NCBI GenBank assembly: GCA_034667685.1
Contig: JAXDQU010000014.1
Span: 1-15,476 of the forward strand
Source of the DNA: Thermoplasmata archaeon
GTDB lineage: Archaea > Thermoplasmatota > SW-10-69-26 > JACQPN01 > JAJPHT01
DNA: 15,476 bases
Reading direction: 5' to 3'
The position numbers were made by a program, and so were the translations under genes. Every line of letters begins with the position of its first letter. Positions within the stretch are counted from its first letter, which is position 1. Below the pieces are notes generated by a model. That model ran no database searches. It saw only the letters and a program-made list of their open reading frames with translations, and had not been told where the DNA came from. Positions 7,244 to 14,515 of this stretch are shown here, piece by piece.

Positions 7244-8887
7244 ATGAGCGAGAAGGGCGGCAAGGCGCGCTGGCGCAAGGAGACGTACGACCCCGCGACG
7301 CGGAAGCTCCCCGAGCGGCCCAACCTGCCGGCGGACGTGCCTCCGCTCGCGGCGCCCGAGGACGTGAAGGGGAGCTACGACGAGAAGCTGGGCTTCCCCG
7401 GCGAGTACCCGTTCACGCGCGGCGTGCAGCCCACCATGTACCGCGGCCGGCTCTGGACGATGCGCCAGTACGCGGGCTTCGGCAGCGCCACGGAGTCGAA
7501 CAAACGATATCGCTATCTCCTCGGCCAGGGCACGACCGGCCTCTCCGTGGCCTTCGACCTGCCCACGCAGATCGGCTACGACAGCGACGACCCGATCGCG
7601 CAGGGCGAGGTGGGCAAGGTGGGGGTCGCCATCAGTTCGATCGAGGACATGGAGACGCTCTTCGCCGGCATCCCGCTCGACAAGGTCACGACGTCGATGA
7701 CGATCAACGCGCCCGCGGCCGTGCTGCTGGCGCTCTACGTCGCCGTCGCGGAGCGTCACGGCATCCCGCGCGAGAAGCTCGGCGGCACCGTGCAGAACGA
7801 CATCCTGAAGGAGTACATCGCGCGCGGGACGTATATCTTCCCGCCCGAGCAGTCGATGCGCCTCGTGACGGACCTCTTCGACTTCTGCGCGCGCGAGGTC
7901 CCCCGGTGGAACACGATCAGCATCTCGGGCTATCACATCCGCGAGGCGGGCGCCACCGCCGCCCAAGAGCTGGCGTTCACGCTCATGGACGGCATCACGT
8001 ACGCGGAGGCCGCCCAGCGCCGCGGGCTCGACGTGGACTCGTTCGCCGGCCAGCTATCATTCTTCTTCAACGCGCACAACGATCTCCTGGAGGAGGTCGC
8101 CAAGTTCCGCGCCGCGCGGCGCATGTGGGCCAGGATCATGCGCGAGCGCTTCCACGCCAAGGACCCGCGCTCGTGGATGCTCCGCTTCCACACGCAGACC
8201 GGCGGCTCGACGCTCACCGCGCAGCAGCCCGAGAACAACGTCGTGCGCGTCACCGTGCAGGCGCTCGCGGCGGTGCTCGGCGGCACGCAGAGCCTGCACA
8301 CGAACAGCATGGACGAGGCGCTCGGCCTCCCCACGGAGAAGGCGGCGCGCATCGCGCTGCGGACGCAGCAGATCGTGGCCGAGGAGAGCGGCGTCGCCAA
8401 CACGATCGACCCGTTCGCGGGCTCCTACCACGTCGAGAGCCTCACCGACAAGCTGGAGGCGGAGGCGTGGCGCCTCATCGAGCAGATCGAAGGCATGGGC
8501 GGGATGCTGCGCGCCATCGAGCGCGGCTGGGTCCAGCGCGAGATCCACGAGAGCGCGTACAAGGCGCAGCGCGACCTCGAAGCCTCGCGTGCGATCGTCG
8601 TGGGCGTCAACGAGTTCAAGCACGGCAGCGAGTCGACCGACGTCGAGATCCTCAAGGTCGATCCGGCCGTCGAGCGCGAGCAGGTCGCGCGCCTCAAGGC
8701 CTTCAAGGCGAAGCGCGACGGCGCGGAGGTCGAGAAGCGCCTCGCCGACCTGCGCCGCGCGGCCGGCACGGACGAGAACCTCATGCCGCTGATCGTGCAC
8801 GCCGTCAAGGGCGGCGCGACCGTGGGCGAGATCTGCCACGCCCTGCGCAGCGTGTGGGGCGAGTACGTGCCGCCGGCGGAGATCTGA
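7244..8887 (+). CDS. mcmA: Methylmalonyl-CoA mutase, large (substrate-binding) subunit of the split type
   Basis: [54 protein letters not shown] and LHTNSMDEA motifs. The Tyr (RQY) and Arg (YIAR) determinants fit methylmalonyl-CoA. No DxHxxG B12-binding domain. CTTCATG at -31..-25 supports ATG 7244. Confidence 0.95.
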   Translation: MSEKGGKARWRKETYDPATRKLPERPNLPADVPPLAAPEDVKGSYDEKLGFPGEYPFTRGVQPTMYRGRLWTMRQYAGFGSATESNKRYRYLLGQGTTGLSVAFDLPTQIGYDSDDPIAQGEVGKVGVAISSIEDMETLFAGIPLDKVTTSMTINAPAAVLLALYVAVAERHGIPREKLGGTVQNDILKEYIARGTYIFPPEQSMRLVTDLFDFCAREVPRWNTISISGYHIREAGATAAQELAFTLMDGITYAEAAQRRGLDVDSFAGQLSFFFNAHNDLLEEVAKFRAARRMWARIMRERFHAKDPRSWMLRFHTQTGGSTLTAQQPENNVVRVTVQALAAVLGGTQSLHTNSMDEALGLPTEKAARIALRTQQIVAEESGVANTIDPFAGSYHVESLTDKLEAEAWRLIEQIEGMGGMLRAIERGWVQREIHESAYKAQRDLEASRAIVVGVNEFKHGSESTDVEILKVDPAVEREQVARLKAFKAKRDGAEVEKRLADLRRAAGTDENLMPLIVHAVKGGATVGEICHALRSVWGEYVPPAEI

Positions 8888-8898
8888 TCTATTTCTTG

Positions 8899-8968
8899 GG
8901 GCTCTGGGCTCAGGACTCTGGACTCAGGGCTCCGGAGCCCTGAGTCCAGAGTCCTGAGCCCAGAGCCC
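8899..8968. repeat. 70-bp perfect loop-less palindrome of G(G/A)CTCNG heptamers (copy 2)
   Basis: GGGCTCTGGGCTCAGGACTCTGGACTCAGGGCTCC followed directly by its exact reverse complement (35/35); starts 11 nt after the mcmA stop. Confidence 0.97.
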
Positions 8969-9024
8969 AACGTTCGCCCCACGCTCCAGAACGGGCTTTG
9001 CCCAGGCGAGCAAGAGGAAGGCAG

Positions 9025-9723
9025 GTGCGACGAGCCATCCCCGCGGTGGCGGCGCTCCTGCTGCTGCCGCTGCTCCCGACGGCCTCCGCCTCCGGCGCGG
9101 GCCTCGCCATCGAGGTGCCCGACGGGCCGCTGCAGGTCGTGGACGGCGCGGCCCGCGAGGCGCTCACCGTGCACGTCATCCTCGACAGCGCGGTGTGCAG
9201 CGCGGACACGGACGTCCACGTGCGGCTCCGGGCGTATGCGCCCGGCGACGCGACCGCGAGCGTGCCCGAGGACGTCGTCGTGCGCATCCCCGCGGGCGGC
9301 TACGTCTCGCATCCCTTCGATGGCACAGCACGGGCCGACCTGATGCTCCAGGCGCCCGCGGGCGAGACCGGCCACGTCATGGTCGCGGGCGGCTACGACC
9401 TGCCCTCCGCGTGCGTCGCGGCGGGCCAGGGCAGCGCGTCGGTGCAGGTGGACGTGGCGTTCGAGCCGGCGGCCGCGTCAGCGGCTGCCCCCCAGCCTCA
9501 GCCCCAGCCTCAGCCTCAGCCCCAGTCCCAGCCCCAGCCCGACGCCTCGCCCCCCGCCGTCCAGCCCCCGCGCTCCGACAACACGATCGTGGCGCAGTCG
9601 TCCGGCTCGCACCTCGACATCCTGCCCTGGGCGCTCGGCCTGGGCATCGCCGCGGTCCTTGCCTTCGCGCTGGGGCGCCTAGGCCAGCGCGGCCAGGCTG
9701 GCGGGCGGGATGAGCTGCCCTGA
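9025..9723 (+). CDS. Exported surface protein: signal peptide, beta-rich domain with 2 Cys, (PQ)n linker, C-terminal TM anchor
   Basis: GTG start, RRAIPAVAALLLLPLLPTASA signal, PQ repeat, and an ILPWALGLGIAAVLAFALG helix followed by basic residues. Confidence 0.8.
   Translation: MRRAIPAVAALLLLPLLPTASASGAGLAIEVPDGPLQVVDGAAREALTVHVILDSAVCSADTDVHVRLRAYAPGDATASVPEDVVVRIPAGGYVSHPFDGTARADLMLQAPAGETGHVMVAGGYDLPSACVAAGQGSASVQVDVAFEPAAASAAAPQPQPQPQPQPQSQPQPDASPPAVQPPRSDNTIVAQSSGSHLDILPWALGLGIAAVLAFALGRLGQRGQAGGRDELP
9490..9537 (+). repeat. Coding hexamer tandem repeat, 8 units of YCYCAG, encoding PQPQPQPQPQPQSQPQ
   Basis: Direct reading of 9490-9537, in frame with the 9025 CDS. Confidence 0.9.
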
Positions 9724-10629
9724 GGCGGCGACCTTCTCGACCGCGGCGACGAGCGCGTCGTTGGCCGGCGTGGCGATGCCGTGGCGCGCGCCGCGGCGGA
9801 CGATCTCCCCGTTGAGGTAGGCGACCTCCACGCCGCGGCCGCGCATGAGGCTCTGCTGCGTCGAGCCGCGCAGGGGGATCGCGCCCGCATCGCGCAGGAC
9901 GCGCGCCGCCAGGAGCCGGGCCGCGAGCGGCTCGGGGAGGCGCGTGAGCATCGCCACCTGCCGCGGGTTCGCCCACGGGATCGCTTCGAGCCTCACGCCC
10001 TCGGCCCGCGCGACGGCGAGCCCCTCCTTCACGACGCGCACCGAGAGCCGGGGCAGGTCCGCTCGGGCGTACGCCTCCTGCGCCGTGAGGCCCGTGGCGG
10101 CCAGGATCGTGTTGTTGAGGTTCACGAGCAGCTTCGTCCAGCGCGCCCCCGCGAAGCTCCGCGTCACGCGCGCCGGGATGCCGGCCTTCGCGAAGAGCGC
10201 CGCGAGGTCGGGCCGCCCCGAGAGCACCAGCCCGCCGACGCGGCCCACCGTGACGACGCCGGGCTCCAGGAACTCCGCGTCGAGCGCCGTGACGCACCCC
10301 ACGACCTCGGGCACGTGGAGCGCCGCGAGCCCCTCCGCGGCGAGGCCGTTCTGGATCGTCATCACCGGCGCGGGGCCGATCGCGTCGCGCGACGCCGCGA
10401 GCGCCGCCTCGAGGTCCTGCGTCTTGACCGCCGCGATCACGAGGTCCGCGCCGGGCGTCACGCGGTCGCTCGCGGCGAGGCGCAGCGTCCGCCCGTCGAG
10501 CGTCAGCCCCTTCTCGCGCAGCGCGGCCAGGTGCGCGCCACGGGCGACCAGCTCGACCTCCGCGTGCGGGGCGAGCGCCGCGCCCAGCGCGCAGCCGATG
10601 GCCCCCGCCCCCAGGACGCTTACACGCAC
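9679..10629 (-). CDS. panE: 2-dehydropantoate 2-reductase (ketopantoate reductase family)
   Basis: VSVLGAGAIG Rossmann motif, AVKTQD, IQNGL, WTKLLVN and EVAYLNGEIV...GIATPAN; GTG 10629 is the likely start. Confidence 0.9.
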   Translation of the reverse strand: MRVSVLGAGAIGCALGAALAPHAEVELVARGAHLAALREKGLTLDGRTLRLAASDRVTPGADLVIAAVKTQDLEAALAASRDAIGPAPVMTIQNGLAAEGLAALHVPEVVGCVTALDAEFLEPGVVTVGRVGGLVLSGRPDLAALFAKAGIPARVTRSFAGARWTKLLVNLNNTILAATGLTAQEAYARADLPRLSVRVVKEGLAVARAEGVRLEAIPWANPRQVAMLTRLPEPLAARLLAARVLRDAGAIPLRGSTQQSLMRGRGVEVAYLNGEIVRRGARHGIATPANDALVAAVEKVAASGQLIPPASLAALA

Positions 10630-10725
10630 GCGCGGGCAGGGCGGCCGCCCCGCAAGGGGCTTTGGGGCCCTCGCTTTGACGATCGCACCGAAGGGGTTTT
10701 TGAAGGTCTTGGTGGTGCCCGGGTC

Positions 10726-11484
10726 ATGCGTCTCCTCGTCGCCGGGCTGCTCGCGCTGGCCCTGCTCGCGCTTCCCACCGCCTCCGCCGACTCGGCCACG
10801 GTGGGCCTCTCGAACCCCGTGAGCCCCGAGCTCTCGGCACTGCAGAAGGCCACGACGATCCCGGTCACCGTCACGCTCCACATCCCCGGCCCCACGTGCC
10901 AGGGCGAGGGCACGGCCACCGTGAAGATCACCATCAGCTCCTCGGGGGCCGTCACCTCGACGGTCGACGTCAGCACGCTCACGTTCACCGTGCCCGCCAC
11001 GATCGCCACGCCTGACCCGAACAACCCGGCGGTCCCGACCGGCCCGCAGGACTTCAACGGCAACAAGGACATCAACGTGACCTTCACGCCGTCGGGCGCC
11101 GGAGACGGCAAGACGAATGTCATTGCGTCATTCGACGGCAACGTCAACGGTTGCTCCCCGCAGCCCAACCCGACCGACCCCACGAGCATCACCGCGGCCG
11201 GCTGGTCCCCCGCGCAGGCCTCCATCAACGTCACGACGACGTCGGTGGCGGCCACGCCCACCACGAACACGACCACGACGCCCACGAACACGACGACGTC
11301 CTCGACCCCCGCGGGCACGACGCCCATGTCGACGAGCCCCGTGGGCCCGACCGTGGGCGACCAGACCTCGACGCCGCCCGCCGACACGACGCCCGCCAAG
11401 AAGGGCCTGCCCGGCCCCGAGGTCGGGCTCGTCGTGGCCGCCGTCGCGGCGATCGCGGTGATCGCGTCTCGCCGCAGCAAGTAG
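10726..11484 (+). CDS. Exported surface glycoprotein with Thr/Pro-rich stalk and PGF-CTERM-like (PGPE) sorting signal
   Basis: MRLLVAGLLALALLALPTASA signal, beta-rich 2-Cys domain, four NxT sequons, Thr-rich linker, and KKGLPGPE-VGLVVAAVAAIAVIA-SRRSK terminus. TTTTTGAA at -29..-22. Confidence 0.87.
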   Translation: MRLLVAGLLALALLALPTASADSATVGLSNPVSPELSALQKATTIPVTVTLHIPGPTCQGEGTATVKITISSSGAVTSTVDVSTLTFTVPATIATPDPNNPAVPTGPQDFNGNKDINVTFTPSGAGDGKTNVIASFDGNVNGCSPQPNPTDPTSITAAGWSPAQASINVTTTSVAATPTTNTTTTPTNTTTSSTPAGTTPMSTSPVGPTVGDQTSTPPADTTPAKKGLPGPEVGLVVAAVAAIAVIASRRSK

Positions 11485-11616
11485 GATCATTCCCCCGCGC
11501 GCCGCCCTCAACCCGCGAGGAACGGACGCATCGCTTCGCCGCGGTGCGCCCGCCGATGAGAACGGGACGCTGGCGCGCGGGTCACGCTCTTCTCTTCTGG
11601 ATCGTGCGCCGTGAAA

Positions 11617-11777
11617 CGTGGAACGTGTGCCGTGAACGTGAACGTTGAACGGACATCGTGAACGTGAACGGCAGGATGGCGCCGCGGCTCAGCTAGATCT
11701 GGCCAGATCTAGCCGGGCCGGTCGTTCACGTTCACGGCGTCCGTTCAACGTTCACGTCGCACGGCACACGTTGCACG
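11617..11777. repeat. 161-bp inverted repeat with GTGAAC/GTTCAC hexamer-repeat arms and a 22-bp perfect palindromic core
   Basis: Left arm CGTGGAACGTGTGCCGTGAACGTGAACGTTGAACGGACATCGTGAACGTGAACG mirrors the right arm ending ...GCACACGTTGCACG. Core GCTAGATCTGG|CCAGATCTAGC (11692-11713). The left arm has a bulge of about 12 nt. Ends 4 nt from the acyl-CoA dehydrogenase stop. Confidence 0.93.
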
Positions 11778-11781
11778 AAAT

Positions 11782-12909
11782 CTACAGCCCCAGCGCCTTC
11801 GCCGCCAGGATGGCGCGCTCCTGCTCGGAGGTCCCGGCGTAGATGCTCGTGGCGCGGGCGTCGCGGTTGAAGCGTTCCACCGGCAGCTCGCGCATGAAGC
11901 CGGCTCCGCCGTGGATGCGGAGGCTCTTCTGCGTGACGTGCTTGGCGGCCTCGCCGGCGAAGAGCTTGGCGGCGGCGATGTCGGCGCTGGCGTCCTCGCC
12001 GCGGTCGCGCTTGTCGGCGGCGGCCCACGTGAGGAGGCGGCTGGCGCGGAGCTCCAGGTCGAGCTGCGCGACAAGGAACTGGATGGCCTGGAACTGCTTG
12101 AGGGCCATGCGGAACTGCTCGCGCTGGCCGGCGTACTCGATGGCGTCCTCCAGGCTGGCCTGCATGATGCCCACGGCGATGGCGGCCGCGCCCAGGCTGG
12201 CCAGCTCGCCGCACTGCTGGTTGATGGCGAGGCCCGCGCCCTCCTCGCCGAGCCGGAGCGTGGCGGGGACCTCGACGTCGTTCAGGAAGACCTGCGCCAT
12301 GTCGCTGCCGCGGAACGCCATCGTGCGCTCGGGGGGCGCGACGCGCACGCCCTTGGCGTCGGCGGGCACGACGAACGCGGTGAGGCCCGCGGGCGCCTTG
12401 GCGAACGTGATGAACGCGCTCGCGTCCTGCGCGCCCACGACGAAGCTCTTGACGCCGCGCAGTACGTAGGCCTCTCCCTTCTTGGTGGCGCGCGTGGCGA
12501 CGCCGCCCACGTCGGTGCCGGCGCCGGGCTCGCTCATGGCCCATGCGAGGAACTGCTGGCCCGCGAGGGCGGGTGCGAGGAAGCGCGAGCGGGCCTCCTC
12601 CGAGCCGCGCGTGGCGAGCGGGTAGGTTCCCAGCGCGTTGAGGTTGTTCAGCGCGAGCGCGACGACGCCGCTGGCGCGCGCGACCTCCTCGATGGCGAGG
12701 GCGAAGCTCACGGTGTCCGTGCCGGGGCCGCCCAGCTCCGCGGGCACGAGCATGCCGGTGAGGCCGAGCTGTCCGAGCGCGGCGAGGGCGTCCTTCGGGA
12801 ACGCGCGCTCGCGGTCGAGGTCGTCGGCCGGCTTGCCTTCGAAGCTCGCGGCCAGCTCGCGCACCGTCTTGCGGATCAGGTCCTGGTCGGGCGTGAGCGC
12901 GAAGGGCAT
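11782..12909 (-). CDS. Acyl-CoA dehydrogenase family flavoprotein (atypical active site)
   Basis: MPFALTPDQDLIR start, WAMSEPGAGTD, LRGVKSFV, REQF...FQAIQ, IHGGAGF and ERFNRDARATSIYAGTSEQ motifs; 375 aa. Confidence 0.92.
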   Translation of the reverse strand: MPFALTPDQDLIRKTVRELAASFEGKPADDLDRERAFPKDALAALGQLGLTGMLVPAELGGPGTDTVSFALAIEEVARASGVVALALNNLNALGTYPLATRGSEEARSRFLAPALAGQQFLAWAMSEPGAGTDVGGVATRATKKGEAYVLRGVKSFVVGAQDASAFITFAKAPAGLTAFVVPADAKGVRVAPPERTMAFRGSDMAQVFLNDVEVPATLRLGEEGAGLAINQQCGELASLGAAAIAVGIMQASLEDAIEYAGQREQFRMALKQFQAIQFLVAQLDLELRASRLLTWAAADKRDRGEDASADIAAAKLFAGEAAKHVTQKSLRIHGGAGFMRELPVERFNRDARATSIYAGTSEQERAILAAKALGL

Positions 12910-12933
12910 GGGGGAGGGAGCGGGCTGCGCGTG

Positions 12934-12940
12934 ATAAAAA
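12934..12940 (-). promoter_or_regulatory. TATA box of the acyl-CoA dehydrogenase gene
   Basis: TTTTTAT at -31..-25 from ATG 12909 in an otherwise very GC-rich context; no SD. Confidence 0.7.
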
Positions 12941-12956
12941 GGATGCTCCTCCGATT

Positions 12957-14000
12957 TCACTCGGCATGAGGGATGGGCTTCTCCGGCCGGCGCAGCGCCT
13001 CCCACTCCGCGAGCACGGGATCGACCATGGAGAGGATGAGCGGGCCCAGGAGGAAGCCCGCGGGGCCGAACGTCGCGAGGCCGCCGATGGTGCCCACGAG
13101 CACGAGGATCGGGTGGACGCCCTCGGTCTTGCCCACGAAGATCGCGCGGATCCAGTTGCCCGCGACGCCGGCGAGGAACATCGCCCAGAGGAGCAGCGCG
13201 GCGCCTTGCCAGACGCGCCCGTCCAGGAACGCCCACGCGGAGGCCGGGAAGACGACGACGCCCATGCCCAGCGCGGGGATCAGGTTGAGGACGGTGAGCA
13301 CGGCGCCCCAGAAGACCGGGTTGGGGAAGCCCAGGAGCCACCAGACGACGCCCGTGATCACGCCGATGCAGGTGGCCACGAGGAACGTGCCCAGGAAGAG
13401 GTTGCGCATGCGCGCGGCGACCGCGTCGAGCAGGTGGTCGGCGTGCTCCCCCGGGAGCGGCAGCGCGTCCCTCACCCACGCCGCGAACTTGTGCCCCGTG
13501 ACCAGCGTGTAGTAGAGCACGAAGAGGAAGACGCCGACGTTCATCAGCAGCGCGCCCACGAAGGAGAGCGTGGGCAAGGCGGAGGCGTGCAGCGCGGCGA
13601 GCGCGTCGTCGCTGGCCTGCTTGACGGAGGCGGCGGCCGCGTCGGGCGAGACGCCCAGGCGCACCAGCAGGTGCTCCACCTGCGGCCCCAAGGTGGGAAG
13701 CTGCGCCGCGAAGTCGCGCACCTCGTTGACCAGCTCCCAGCCCAGAAGGAAGAGCGGCACGTCCACCGCGACGCAGAGCACGAGCACGATGCCGATCGCC
13801 ACGAGGTGCGGGTGGCGCCAGCCGCGCGACATCCGCCGGTAGGGCTTGAGCAGCAGGAAGCCCACGACGAGGCCGAACGTGAGCCCCGAGAAGATCGGCC
13901 GGAGGAGGACGAACGTCGCGAAGGCGAGGATCGCCAGGACCGCCACGAGGAAGCGCGTCGCGCGCTTGCGGGTCTCATGCTCCGCGTCCGCCACGCGCAA
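12957..14000 (-). CDS. AI-2E (PerM/TqsA) family transporter
   Basis: Multi-TM protein with LLKPY, WGAVLTVLNLIPALG and VHPILVLVGTIGGLATFGPAGFLLGPLIL motifs. Start is TTG 14000 or GTG 13994. Confidence 0.9.
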   Translation of the reverse strand: MRVADAEHETRKRATRFLVAVLAILAFATFVLLRPIFSGLTFGLVVGFLLLKPYRRMSRGWRHPHLVAIGIVLVLCVAVDVPLFLLGWELVNEVRDFAAQLPTLGPQVEHLLVRLGVSPDAAAASVKQASDDALAALHASALPTLSFVGALLMNVGVFLFVLYYTLVTGHKFAAWVRDALPLPGEHADHLLDAVAARMRNLFLGTFLVATCIGVITGVVWWLLGFPNPVFWGAVLTVLNLIPALGMGVVVFPASAWAFLDGRVWQGAALLLWAMFLAGVAGNWIRAIFVGKTEGVHPILVLVGTIGGLATFGPAGFLLGPLILSMVDPVLAEWEALRRPEKPIPHAE

Positions 14001-14052
14001 CGGGCGGGCTGGCGAGGGGAAGGCGGTTTCGGCTACGGGTCGGCGCTGGCCG

Positions 14053-14499
14053 TCAACGTGGGGGCGAGCACGTCGGGTCGCCGTTCTGGTCGGTGAGCAC
14101 GCAGACGGACGCGGCGCGCGGCGCGGGGGTCGGCTCCGCCAGCTCGCCGCGGTACGCGAGCGACACGTCGGCCAGCACGTGCGCGGCGTCGGGCGCGGCG
14201 CAGACCGTGGCGTTGCGCGCGGCCGTCCCCTCGGGCGGCATCGTCACGTTCGCATCGTCCAGCGCGACCGAGACAGGCGGCTGGCTCGTGGCCGAGAGCG
14301 TCAGGTTGTCCCACGCGGCGGCGCGGCTGGTCAGCGCGATGGGCACCTGCGCGCACGCGCCGGCCCGCAGCGCCGTGGGCGGCGACCAGGCGAGGTCCAC
14401 GAGCGGCGGGACGGCGGGGGTTGGGGTGGGGAGCGGCGTGTCCGGTCGGGGTGCCGTGCACCCAACGACGAGGAGGAGCGCGAGCCACGCGACGCGCAT
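14053..14499 (-). CDS. Hypothetical lipoprotein (small Ig-like/beta-rich, 4 further Cys)
   Basis: MRVAWLALLLVVGC lipobox, PTPTP linker, sequons NLT, NVT, NAT; starts 16 nt after the mrp stop. Confidence 0.72.
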   Translation of the reverse strand: MRVAWLALLLVVGCTAPRPDTPLPTPTPAVPPLVDLAWSPPTALRAGACAQVPIALTSRAAAWDNLTLSATSQPPVSVALDDANVTMPPEGTAARNATVCAAPDAAHVLADVSLAYRGELAEPTPAPRAASVCVLTDQNGDPTCSPPR

Positions 14500-14515
14500 C
14501 GGGCGGGGGAAGGCC

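Noticed and set aside
5204-7966. 920-aa minus-strand ORF
   Set aside because: Antisense shadow of the GT2 and mcmA genes caused by GC3 bias; no motifs.
9781-10725. N-terminal extension of the 567-aa ORF (similarly 12910-13479 of the 565-aa ORF)
   Set aside because: These overlap panE and the AI-2E gene. The signal peptide and TATA positions place the real starts at 10726 and 12909.
11611-11777. Repeats as a possible CRISPR array (also 1431-1506 and 8899-8968)
   Set aside because: Units are 6-7 nt, inverted, with no unique spacers and no cas genes.
11645-11842. 65-aa ORF (and 8910..9287, 24..233) crossing the palindromes
   Set aside because: These translate the repeat units (ERER, SGLRTQG) and overlap real genes or leaders; no credible start context.
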